Made by a program: the position numbers and the translations under genes. A stretch of DNA of 64,000 nt from Diplonema japonicum (lineage: Eukaryota > Protista > Euglenozoa: Diplonemea), in the NCBI GenBank assembly GCA_964019335.1, contig OZ025735.1:62001-126000 (forward strand), given 5' to 3'. The notes beneath the pieces are model-generated. The model saw only the letters and a list, made by a program, of their open reading frames with translations, did not search any database and was not told the DNA's origin. Positions 1 through 9,605 of the stretch are shown piece after piece (position 1 is the stretch's first letter; each line of letters starts with the position of its first letter).

Positions 1-609
1 TGGGTGGTGGGGTACACACCATCTTCTGGAGGAGCGCTTCCCGTCAATAAAATATCGTTGCAAATTGCTGAAAACACATACACGTGGTTTGACTGCAGAT
101 TGGTGTCTCTCGAGATAGGGTACCGCTTCAAGAGCAGGATCACTGTTTATATTCTGGGCACGCTTGTGATTCTGTCTGCTGCGGTAATTGGCGTCGTTTT
201 CGGGTACTTTGGTGGTTATATTTTCCCTCCCAGAGTGGTTCTCACTGTGTTGCTCGTTGTCAGCTTTGCCGCAGGATGCATCGCATTCCTCATCGCCTGC
301 GCCGCGTCCACAAATTTCCTTCAAAAACAGCACGCGGCGGTCATTTCAATGGAAAAATTGCGTATCCGATCCCTCATGCTCTCCCTTTCTGACTCAGAGA
401 GCGATCGGCGTATTTGCAGCGAGCTAGAAACTGCGATAAGAACCCTCAACGATGTCATAGGAGGCATCGAGGGCCTCAATGACTACCAACCTGTTAAAGT
501 GTTCGGTGTCCGTGCCAATTTTGAAATGGTAGGTAAATTTGTCACTACCTTCGGTACCGCTGCTGCTTTCGGTATCAGGCTCTTCATTGACAGCTTGGCT
601 ACACAATGA
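1..609 (+). CDS. 3' part of a multi-pass membrane protein, possibly 7TM ion-channel-like (GRL/DUF3537/PHTF-type); 5' end outside window
   Basis: Open frame from window start to TGA at 609. Two hydrophobic helices, a long amphipathic loop, then 'PVKVFGVRANFEMVGKFVTTFGTAAAFGIRLF', resembling the TM7 region of 7TMIC proteins. Family call is by eye only. Confidence 0.55.
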   Translation, partial: WVVGYTPSSGGALPVNKISLQIAENTYTWFDCRLVSLEIGYRFKSRITVYILGTLVILSAAVIGVVFGYFGGYIFPPRVVLTVLLVVSFAAGCIAFLIACAASTNFLQKQHAAVISMEKLRIRSLMLSLSDSESDRRICSELETAIRTLNDVIGGIEGLNDYQPVKVFGVRANFEMVGKFVTTFGTAAAFGIRLFIDSLATQ

Positions 610-2119
610 GGAGGGGTGGTGGGGAGTATTTTTTTTTTTTTTCCTTTCCCCCCTCTTTTCTGAGAGGGGGGGGTTTTTTTTTGGTGTTGTAAACTTTTTC
701 TCTTTTTTTTGTTGGGGGGGTGTGCATAATTTGTTACGAAACATGGGGACCCGTTTTATTGTCTTCACACCTCCTCCTCCCCCCCTCCCCCCTCTTACCC
801 TTACCTAACCTAAGTCTGGTAGAGGTAGGAGGGCCGTTACCAAGGCTCTCTTTACCCCCACCCCCCCCTCCCAGTGTTGGGATGGGTTCGTTTAGTCTTT
901 TTTCTCTCTTTTTTTTTTTTTTTTTTTTTTACTTAGATGCATTGTATGATTCTTTAAAACTTGCCTAACCCGCTGCCTTTTTCTTTCTTTCTTTTTTTTT
1001 TAAATGTCTCTTTTTCGTTTCTTCCCCCCCCCCTTTTTTTTAAAAAAGAGGTTTTCGCTACCCGTGTTACCTGCCTTCAGCGGGGCCTAGGGCCTCTAAG
1101 AAGCCTCTTTTTCTTTCTTTTTTGTGTCGGGAAAAGTACTCTCCAAGACGCTAGCAGGAGCCGTTGAAGGGTGTCTCTCGCCTGAAGAGACTGCACCTGG
1201 AGGAGTCGCGAGATATGTCCGAAACTGAGATACCTAGTACCATACCCCCTTCCCTTTTTAGGGCATGCAGCTTTCGTCTCAGGGAGCCTGCATGTTAATT
1301 TGAATTTTTTTTTCTGCCGCCATCTCAGCTGTGCTTACATTTTTTTTTTCTTCTTATTCCATTCTCAACAACTAGCCCCACTTTCTTCTTTAAGTCATCC
1401 CCCCCCCCCCCCTTCCCCCCCAGGGCTATGCTGGCAAGAAACGGGGAAACGTTTCCGTTTCCTTAGCCGTTTCCCTATTTTTCAGATACTTAAGGAAACG
1501 ACCCCCAAAGTAAGGAAATGTTTCCGTTTCCTTTTTTTTTTTTTTTTAAAAACCCAAGCTTGGATACGCGTTTCCTTGCCAGCATAGCCGCCCCCCCGGT
1601 TGCTACCACTTCCGTTCTGGCTTGTACAAACAATAGCCTACTCTTCCCCCCCTCTCCCCCCTTCTGTATTTTTAAATTACTGTAAGTCGACTAGTTTAGG
1701 AGTTCTATCCCATCTTTCGGCACCGGGCATCTGTTGACACCGTTTTTTTTTTCTCTTTTGGTGGGTCGTTGCTAATACTTCTCCCCCCCCCCCCCCCCCA
1801 TAGTAACTATCTTCTTCAGGGTTTTACCAGTTTGTTTTATATGCAGCTCATAGCCCCCTTCTCCCTTTCCTTTCTTTTTTTGAAATAGCGAAATGGTTTT
1901 TATTGGTGCTGTCTGTCATGTGTATCTTTTATATAAAAAAAAGGGAAATAAAACCTCCCAAGCAACCTTGTGGCGCAACTTCGTCTTCTTCTCTGTCGCC
2001 TTTAAAGCCGTCGTTTCATTACTTGGGCGTCAAAAGGGATTGTGATGACGGGTAGGCTGTCACCTCGTTGATAGCAATGGCACAGCTCCTCTGCCCATCC
2101 AAAGATTCCCCCAAAGGAG

Positions 2120-2148
<29 letters not shown>

Positions 2149-2151
<3 letters not shown>

Positions 2152-2828
2152 TCGGACAGCAATCCTCTATTTCCCACCAAGCCAGACGCTGTGGTCTCGG
2201 GGTCGGCCTTGGTGGCCGTGTGCGGACTCGCCGTGTTGCCTATCGAGCCGTTTACTGGGTTAACACTGCTGGCAGCGGGGCTGGGCGTTGGCGGGGTGAA
2301 AATACAAGGCGATAAAGAGAAGGCGAAGGAGGTTTCAAATGTGCAGGCTACCATGCAGGCAGACTTAGACAAAGTGACCCAAAGCCTTGAAAAAACCCAA
2401 CAAGAGGCAAACCAGCTTGGAACGACCACATCTGAGCTCAAACAACAGAACGCAGCCCTCAAGTGGGCCGTCATTGGGAGTGCTGCGGCAAGTGCTGCGT
2501 ACGTGGGCTACCGGCTCTACCGCCATTCCCAAAAAGAGAAGGTTCGCATCGGGACGTGCACAGTCGTGATAGACCACCACACCCCTGCTAGCTACAGCCC
2601 TCGCCTTGCGAACCATCACGGCGACAGCCATTGCATTTGCTGCATGGAAAATATCCCAGATTTGGTTCTGAAACCATGCATGCATATGCAGGTATGGAAC
2701 AGGGGGGGGGGGGGGGGGGGAAGAAGAAAAAACAGCTCTGTTGGGTGTGTCTCCACAAACTCCCCAAGGCGGAATGCCCCACTTGCCGCGCCGTATTCTC
2801 GTCAGTAGATTTCGTCTTTTCCTATTGA
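2149..2828 (+). CDS. Membrane-anchored coiled-coil protein with C-terminal C3HC4 RING finger (putative E3 ligase); join 2149-2691, 2736-2828
   Basis: Removing the 44-nt intron 2692-2735 (GTATGG...AACAG) restores CICCMENIPDLVLKPCMHMQ-LCWVCLHKLPKAECPTCR. Confidence 0.85.
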
Positions 2829-3874
2829 AGCAAAGAAAAGGAATAAAGAAGAGCAGGAAAAAAAAAGAAAAAAAAAAAAAGAACATAGCTATTTACTACC
2901 TGCCACCTCGACAAGTCAAGGAGGAGCAGTAAAGTCCTTCCTTGTAGGTAGGTTTTACTGCCGTCGTGTTGGGTGCTTCACGTGGCACGACGCCTTGCCA
3001 AGCGTAGCTGCTGGCTGACGATGATCTTCTTTTTTTTTTTTAAAAGCTTTAGAACTACTATTACAGCTATTCCAGTACTTTGAAGGAAAGTTGGGCACGC
3101 CACTATTACTTTTACGGAAAACAAGTATAAATTTTTTGAAATATGTTATCTCAAAAGAGCGACATGGGAAAAATCATTTTTAAAAAGTGTAGCAAGAGAG
3201 GGAAAAGACGAATTTAATTAAAACATTTTTTAAATGACACCTCCCCACCCCCTACTCCTCCTTTCTTGCCTCATCCCTTTCCTGTGGTGCTTGATGGTGC
3301 CATTTAATCTGATCCTTGTTGGTATTTCCTTTTTTTTTTTTTTTTTCATTCGAAGGTGGGAAAGCAAAAAAAAAAAAAAAGAAAGGACAATCAAGACTTT
3401 TCCAAAACATCGCAAAAACATATGATGACAGTACTTCTCCAGGGCACTGGACGCTTAGTCTCTTGTGACGGTGATTATCCACAAAAGTATTTCACAGCGT
3501 TGACATTCACTGATTCTTTCATTATCTTCCCCCCCCCTCCCCTTCCGCTGGTCACCATAGGCCCATAGGCCCCATGATGACCAAACATGCTTCAGGAAAG
3601 CCAGTAGAATGCGAGGTCTCTTAGGCTCTCAGGGAGCACAGTCTTCCTGACAATGTTACACCGATGCCCATGACGAGAAATCTTTTCTCCTAGAGCCAAA
3701 CCGCGCCCCCTCCCTCCAGTAGTGCTTCTCGCCCAGATGCCGTCCAGCTCCTTGCGATAAATAGCATCTGCAGGCGCCGGGCAGCAACCGCAGAATGGTG
3801 GCAGATTAGTGTGAATTTCTTACAGTGAGCACCCCCTCCTGCACACTGAAACTTTATCGAATTTTAATTTTATT

Positions 3875-3952
3875 ATGATGATCAAATATAATCCTTGAAA
3901 TCTGAATCTCTTGAAGAAAACCTTCAAACTTGCATATAACTACTCTGGCTGA
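3875..3952 (+). ncRNA. Box C/D snoRNA family A (13 copies in window); predicted guide for SSU Cm38
   Basis: C box ATGATGA. D' guide TAATCCTTGAAA-t-CTGA is complementary to euglenozoan-type SSU UUUCAAGGAUUA, and the +5 rule gives the C of UUUCAAG (C38). D-side GCATATAACTACTCTGG is near-complementary to SSU CCAGUAGUYAUAUGC. Confidence 0.85.
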
Positions 3953-4009
3953 CACTCTGCTGGCACTGTTGCTCTCTTCCCATCTTCCTCGAAACTATTG
4001 TAAAAACAC

Positions 4010-4101
4010 ATGATGACAGTACTTCTCCAGGGCACTGGACGCTTAGTCTCTTGTGACGGTGATTATCCACAAAAGTATTTCACAGCGTTGACATTCACTG
4101 A
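4010..4101 (+). ncRNA. Box C/D snoRNA family B (13 copies); dual guide to LSU helix 68 region
   Basis: C box ATGATGA. CAGGGCACTGGAC-g-CTTA(D') pairs with LSU CCAGUGCUCUG (C ~ yeast Cm2197). TTGACATTCA-CTGA(D) pairs with UGAAUGUCAA (U ~ yeast 2209). Confidence 0.88.
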
Positions 4102-4164
4102 TCCGGAATGACGAGGAAGATCAAGGGGAGCGAGTGGATGTTTCCCCTGTGTCCTTTGATCAAG

Positions 4165-4251
4165 ATGATGAATAAAAACACAAAGGAAATCATAGGAATC
4201 TCATTGATTTGATCTTTTTGAATTGAAACCATCCTTTTCATAACCTCCTGA
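4165..4251 (+). ncRNA. Box C/D snoRNA family C (9 copies); D' guide to LSU domain IV (AUYAAYGAGAUUCCYA)
   Basis: C box ATGATGA. TAGGAATCTCATTGAT followed by TTGA. Terminal CTGA preceded by CCATCCTTTTCATAACC, whose target is less certain (resembles LSU UGAAAAUGGAUGG). Confidence 0.85.
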
Positions 4252-4279
4252 ACACACTCCCGCCACCCAGGACCCACCA

Positions 4280-4345
4280 CCCAGCCACCTCGCCAAGATG
4301 CCATGCAACCACATAGCTGGTGTCTTAGTAGTTGGGCTTAGATGT
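4280..4345 (+). ncRNA. Single-hairpin AGA-box H/ACA guide RNA family D (9 copies); predicted LSU pseudouridine ~ yeast Psi2349 / human Psi3853
   Basis: Basal stem CCCAGC/GTTGGG and upper stem AGATGCCA/TGGTGTCT. Pocket CTCGCCA + TAGTAG reads target CUACUA-U-C-UGGCGAG (conserved CUACUAUCUAGCGA). 14 nt from pocket to AGA, then 3 nt. Confidence 0.85.
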
Positions 4346-5325
4346 CCTCCTTTGCAACTCTGTATCCCCCCTTCTTTTTAATGCTCCCGCCACCCAAACC
4401 AAAGGGGAACACAAAAGCTTTAGATACAAGCTTCTCGGATTGCAGCATGGCATGTAAATAAGATTTAATGAAGCACTTGATTGGGGTTATCAGTAGATTG
4501 GTGACCATGCTTACTGTGATGACTTAATATAATCCTTGAAATCTGAATCTCTTGAAGAAAACCTTCAAACTTGCATATAACTACTCTGGCTGACACTCTG
4601 CTGGCACTGTTGCTCTCTTCCCATCTTCCTCGAAACTATTGTAAAAACACATGATGACAGTACTTCTCCAGGGCACTGGACGCTTAGTCTCTTGTGACGG
4701 TGATTATCCACAAAAGTATTTCACAGCGTTGACATTCACTGATCCGGAATGACGGGGAAGATTAAGGGGAGCGAGTGGGACAAGGAAGCCTTGTGGGATG
4801 TTTCCCTTGTGGCCTTTGATCAAGATGATGAATAAAAACAAAGGAAATCATAGGAATCTCATTGATTTGATCTTTTTGAATTGAAACCATCCTTTTCATA
4901 ACCTCCTGAACACACTCCCGCCACCCAGGACCCACCACCCAGCCACCTCGCCAAGATGCCATGCAACCACATAGCTGGTGTCTTAGTAGTTGGGCTTAGA
5001 TGTCCTCCTTTGCAATGAGTTTTTTCTTTTTTCAATGCCATCATCCATGACTGAAAGGCACACCCCGACAGCCGGCACCAGGAGACAGGCACGTGTGAGG
5101 AGTCCAGTCCACGGGGCACCAACCTGAACCGCACCGAGTTTTTTCCCTTACTTTGTTGTGCAAGAATAACCCCTGAAGTCTAAATAACAAAAACTAACTT
5201 TCAAAAAAAAAACTTCCTCTTTTTAATCCTTGCACTTCTCAAAAACCCTTTTCTTGGTGCCAATGAGGCTCCAAACCCCTCAACGCGCAACCCACAGGCA
5301 GGTGTGCACCCCTCGCACACATCTC

Positions 5326-6081
5326 ATGAAGCCCAGGTCCTTTGTGCTACGGGATACGGGCGGGGAGTGTGTGGTAGAGGTCAGCGAAGGGCAGAGTGTG
5401 GTGCTGAGTGTCAGCGAAGGGTTGGGTCTGTGCAAGGGCGAAGAAGTGATGCTGCTGCACAAGGGTGTAGTGTGTGTGGCAGGGGAGGAGCTTCCCAGTG
5501 GGACATATGACGTTGTAAGAGTGCCGAGGGAGGGAGCGAGGGGGGTTGTGGGCGGTGCGCTGGGGGCTGCGGTAGGCGCTGGTGTAGGGTACCTGATGGG
5601 CTGGATAGTAGAGGCCGTCCTAGCAGGATTCGGCTCTGCTGCCGGCGTCATAGCAGCCCGCACCAAGCCCCCCACTGCACAGCAAGACCCCCCCTCCAAC
5701 CCAAAGCCCTCCCGCCGCTCTCCTGAGTACACGCGCATCGACTACACAGACTGCGATGAGGATGCCTCCACCAGTATCGCATTGGCTGATTTGCACGTTG
5801 CCATGTCCTCCATCTCGGACCTCCCCTTGCAGGCCATTACCTCTGACTGCACTCACTTCTGCCACCGCAAAGGCATCCAGACCACCGCCCTCACGAAACG
5901 CAACACCGTCCGCATGGCGTCCTACGTAGCAGGCAAGCAGTGCAAAGACGCCCCCCTCACCACCATCTCCAACCACGTCAAGCTGGCGACCCACCACATC
6001 GACACCATCATGCTCGTGGAGTTCGAGGAGGCAGTGCAGGTCACGCTGCGGGTGATCGCAGGAGTGAACAGAGCGGGGTGA
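5326..6081 (+). CDS. Hypothetical protein; possible ubiquitin-like N-terminal fold followed by a glycine-zipper TM segment
   Basis: Long ORF (5230-6081). GVVGGALGAAVGAGVGYLMG motif. Start codon uncertain. Confidence 0.6.
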   Translation: MKPRSFVLRDTGGECVVEVSEGQSVVLSVSEGLGLCKGEEVMLLHKGVVCVAGEELPSGTYDVVRVPREGARGVVGGALGAAVGAGVGYLMGWIVEAVLAGFGSAAGVIAARTKPPTAQQDPPSNPKPSRRSPEYTRIDYTDCDEDASTSIALADLHVAMSSISDLPLQAITSDCTHFCHRKGIQTTALTKRNTVRMASYVAGKQCKDAPLTTISNHVKLATHHIDTIMLVEFEEAVQVTLRVIAGVNRAG

Positions 6082-6707
6082 GGGACTGAACATGGAGGGA
6101 AGAAAAGCATGGTGACAACCTTTCCAGGTAGTTATCAAGAAGAGCAAGGCTCTCGACGCGACATCTTAGAAGCGCATTGTCGGCAGCAACAAGGCAAGTG
6201 GACAGAAGGGGACCGACACCTGAAGAAAGCGAAGCCAACGAAACGCTGCAGTGCAGTCCAGTACATTTATTTCAAACTAACTACGAAGCAAATTAAAAAA
6301 GGGGGGGGGGGCTAAAATGCCTCGTCAGATCACGAGACACCCCTCAAGAAGACCTTCCCAGGGGACACATGGCACAGGACTTCCACGACATTGACGGCGG
6401 CAGGGCTTGCCGAGCAAGGAGACGAAGCCCATCGACAACCTGTTCAGGTTCTGTGGTTGGGGAGGACAGGAAAATCAAGGTGCGAGCAACGTGGCCAACG
6501 AGGTCACACGGGCGATGCATTTTTTTCTGGTTAGATATGAACCTCTTCCGGGTTTCTTACAACTCATTTCTTTAACTGCGTTTTTATCGCGGTGCCCTAT
6601 CTCATCTTTTTCTTTCCTCTCTACTCTTCCACTCTCATTTTTTTTTTTTTTTCATGTTCATTTTTCATGTTCAACTAACTAGCGAAACACAGGTCGGGTG
6701 CTCTGCG

Positions 6708-8574
6708 ATGAAGCACTCCAGGTCGTCGGAGTCCATCCTGACAGATGACTCTTCGATGTCAGCATCGGGGGGGTTCAGCAAGTTCAGCAAGTGGTTGCGG
6801 AACGCGCAGCCAGGGGGGTGCGCAACACCGCCTGTGGAGAGAGGTGTTCGCATCGCACCGAAGTGCGCACTGAAGAGCAAAGTGTGCTTTGCATATGAGA
6901 AGGTGTTTGAAAATATCGACATTGATGAAGGTGAGGTGGGGTGCTGGCAGGACTTCTGGTTGCTGAAAGTTGACGAGAACCACCTACGAGACTGCCTCGA
7001 CATGCAAACTGAGACGGAGCTCGAGCTGTGCCAGACAGCTTGCCGCTCATTCCTCGCAAAAGCGAAAGCAGTCGCCTGCGACGCCGCCCAGTCCTCAGTG
7101 CGGCGGGAACGTGCGCTGCAAACCATCACTGCGTTCCTATGGGGCGTCCTCTCTAAGCCCAATTGGTCTAATTTCTCAGTCAATGTGTTGAATGTGATTT
7201 GTGGTGTCTACCAGTCGCAGTCCTTCTTCAAAGACCTCTTGGAGACAGTTTGCTCCGCCGTCACTGCCTCCCACAAGTCGAGCTTTGCTTACGAGTCCAT
7301 TAGGTTTCTGGAAGCCATGGTGTGCAGTCAGAAGAATTGCAGCATCAACACGCTGATTGAGATCCCTGTTACTTGTCTCTCACCTACGTTCTTTGATACG
7401 CTGATATGCTCTGTGCCGTGCGACCCCACCCCCACCCCTGCCCCTATTCATCTCAAGGCACTGAATGTCCTTGCCATCCTTGTGTCGTACGAACGTTCAG
7501 AGCGTTCCGAGACAGAGCTCCAGAACTACGTAGCAACACTGAAGGGGAAGTCCCTCGCAGGGCTGCACGCGCTTATCTCTTACGCCATTCACAACTTCAA
7601 CAAGGGCTTCACGACACGGTCGCGGTACGCTTCCTTCAAATCTGCGGGACTCTTTTCGTCATTCACCTCCAGCGCTTACTCCTATCTCTACACACCTAGC
7701 GATTCTGGCGTCCCTTCCGCTTTCGACCCGCAGGCACCCAACTATCGCAAGGTCCCCACCGCCGTGTGCAGTGCTATTGTGCTGCTGAACGAGCTAGCCT
7801 CCAACCAGACACATGTGGACGCGCTTATGAACCCCCCAACGCAGGGGGATCCGAAGTCGTATTTTAGTTACATCACCGAAGGGCTGCAGGCGAAGAAGTG
7901 GGTGTGTTCGCCGTTGCTGCTGGACTGCTTGCTCTGCAGCTCCATCCTGTTCCAGGGCAACAGGCACCGCTTCACGACGGCAGGCGGCCACGCCATGCTC
8001 ATGATGTGGAACAAGCTCCTCTTCAACCCCACTTTCGTGCATTTCCTGTACACAACGTCACCAGACGCACAGTACTTGGCACTCGAGAAGACGCTGAACA
8101 AGTGGCAGGTGGTGGTGTCCGGAGGGCACCGGATCACTGGGCTTGCAGACAACCCATCAGGTGGTGCGCCTATAGGCGTCTTGCTGTCGCTTGTGGACCA
8201 CTTCATTGCGATCAACATGACGGTGAACTTCACGCCTGCTGTGTACGAGACAGCCCTGAGCCTGCTGAACAGGGTGTACTTCCACCAAGTCGAGAAGAAA
8301 ATGAAGGTCGCCTGGGACCCCTCGCACCTCATCGAGAAGGTGATTCAGATCGCGGCGACACTTGCGAGGGTCGACTGCGTGGCGCTCGAGTCCCCGCAAG
8401 GGGTCCGACTCCTGAAGAGCTACATCACTTTACTGAGGTTGTTGCTGCGGAACCCCACTGTGCTCCCATCGGTGGTGGACAGGACGCGGTTCGTGTATGA
8501 GATTATCAGGTGCAAAGTGGTCATTGCAGGGTTGGAGGGCTTTATAAAAAAAGCTGGTATGCGGAGAGAGGGGG

Positions 8575-8606
<32 letters not shown>

Positions 8607-9605
8607 GCTATTTATTGCCAACAAATAATGAGTCATTATTTAACTCGAGTTCCCGAATTTTTTGCACGAGGACCCGCAGGGCCCGAGTGCAAAAAAACGG
8701 TAACGAGTGTTAAATAATGGCTCATTTGGCGGCAAGTAAGTCGTTTTATTTCACTTTTCGTCATTTGAGTCACTCACTCTTCACTGCTTTCACTGCTGTT
8801 TTTTTTCACGCAGGTCAGCTTTTTGGGGATTTTCCTAAGGTAATACAGGGTAGCTATTTCGCCGTGGCATTAAAGGGGAAGTAAAGCACTTATTCCCACT
8901 TTTAAGGGCTGGAATGGCCTCAGATGGCCAAAAATAGTCAAAATACCCCCACCCCAAAAAAATTTTTCAAGGGGTTGGGTGCATTTTTTTCCACGACAAG
9001 ACCCATTTTTTCACTCTGAAGGGCCATTATTTAACTGCAAAATCTCATTATTTAACTAGTTAAATAATGGCGATTTCGCGTTAAATAATGGCCATTTCGC
9101 GTTAAATAATGAGGCCCCTAGTGAGTGAAGAAAATGACGAAGAGTGAAATAAAAAAAAAAAAAAAAAAAAAAAAAAAACAATACAGTCGAGGACGGCAAA
9201 AGTACCATCAAAACTGTTTCTTCGTCTAACCTGAGCCTTGCAGCGCAGTTCTTGAGAGAGATCCTTGAAATGACAGAGACGGTGGAAAGCAAGGTGGTGG
9301 AGCTGGCTTGCACAGACAGGGAAAGTGTGCTAAACGCAATCCACGAGGTGTGATAGAAGAAAGAAAAAAAAAAGAAGAAAGAAAAAAACAGTTTTTGGAG
9401 CTTGAAGAAACCAACTCAAGTCATGCCTCCTTGTGGAGCCTCCCAAAGACTCTGTACACCTCTCTCGCCTCAGCAGAGCGAAGCCTGGTATGCGTAACCA
9501 GTTACGAGGGGAATAGAAGAAAAAGTATTTTTTTTTTTTAAACAGTCACATAATCTTTCTGACCTGCGGAATATACTTGCCGAGGGTGCAAACGACCGTT
9601 TTTAA
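6708..9605 (+). CDS. ARMH3: ARMH3/C10orf76 (DUF1741)-like armadillo helical protein; join 6708-8556, 9187-9347, 9392-9487, 9546-9605
   Basis: N-terminal KSKVCFAYEKVF...WQDFWLLKV and C-terminal FVYEIIR motifs. Three GT-AG introns give a continuous frame to TAA at 9605. Confidence 0.75.
8632..9153. mobile_element. Fold-back/MITE-like insertion inside ARMH3 intron 1
   Basis: Imperfect ~35-bp inverted repeat 8745-8780 vs 9120-9153. Multiple CATTATTTAACT / GTTAAATAATG motifs in mirror arrangement around TAACTAGTTA (~9058). The intron is 630 nt versus a typical ~45. Confidence 0.55.

Larger units (their letters stand above)
3422..5003 (+). ncRNA. snoRNA cluster 1: B 3422-3513, A 3875-3952, B 4010-4101, C 4165-4251, D 4280-4345, A 4516-4593, B 4651-4742, C 4825-4909, D 4938-5003
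   Basis: Near-identical repeated units bounded by RTGATGA (C box) and CTGA (D box) with rRNA-antisense guides, plus a hairpin ending in AGA+3 nt. Confidence 0.9.

Noticed and set aside
1180-1226. Hammerhead ribozyme (CTGAAGA...GAAAC)
   Set aside because: Stem II does not close directly on GAAA, there is no matching stem I/III with an NUH site, and the second copy lacks the core.
4095-4962. Recurrent minus-strand ORFs (MASWRGG..., MDNHRHK...)
   Set aside because: These are antisense readings of the snoRNA repeats. They have non-ATG starts, and indels between copies do not preserve frame.
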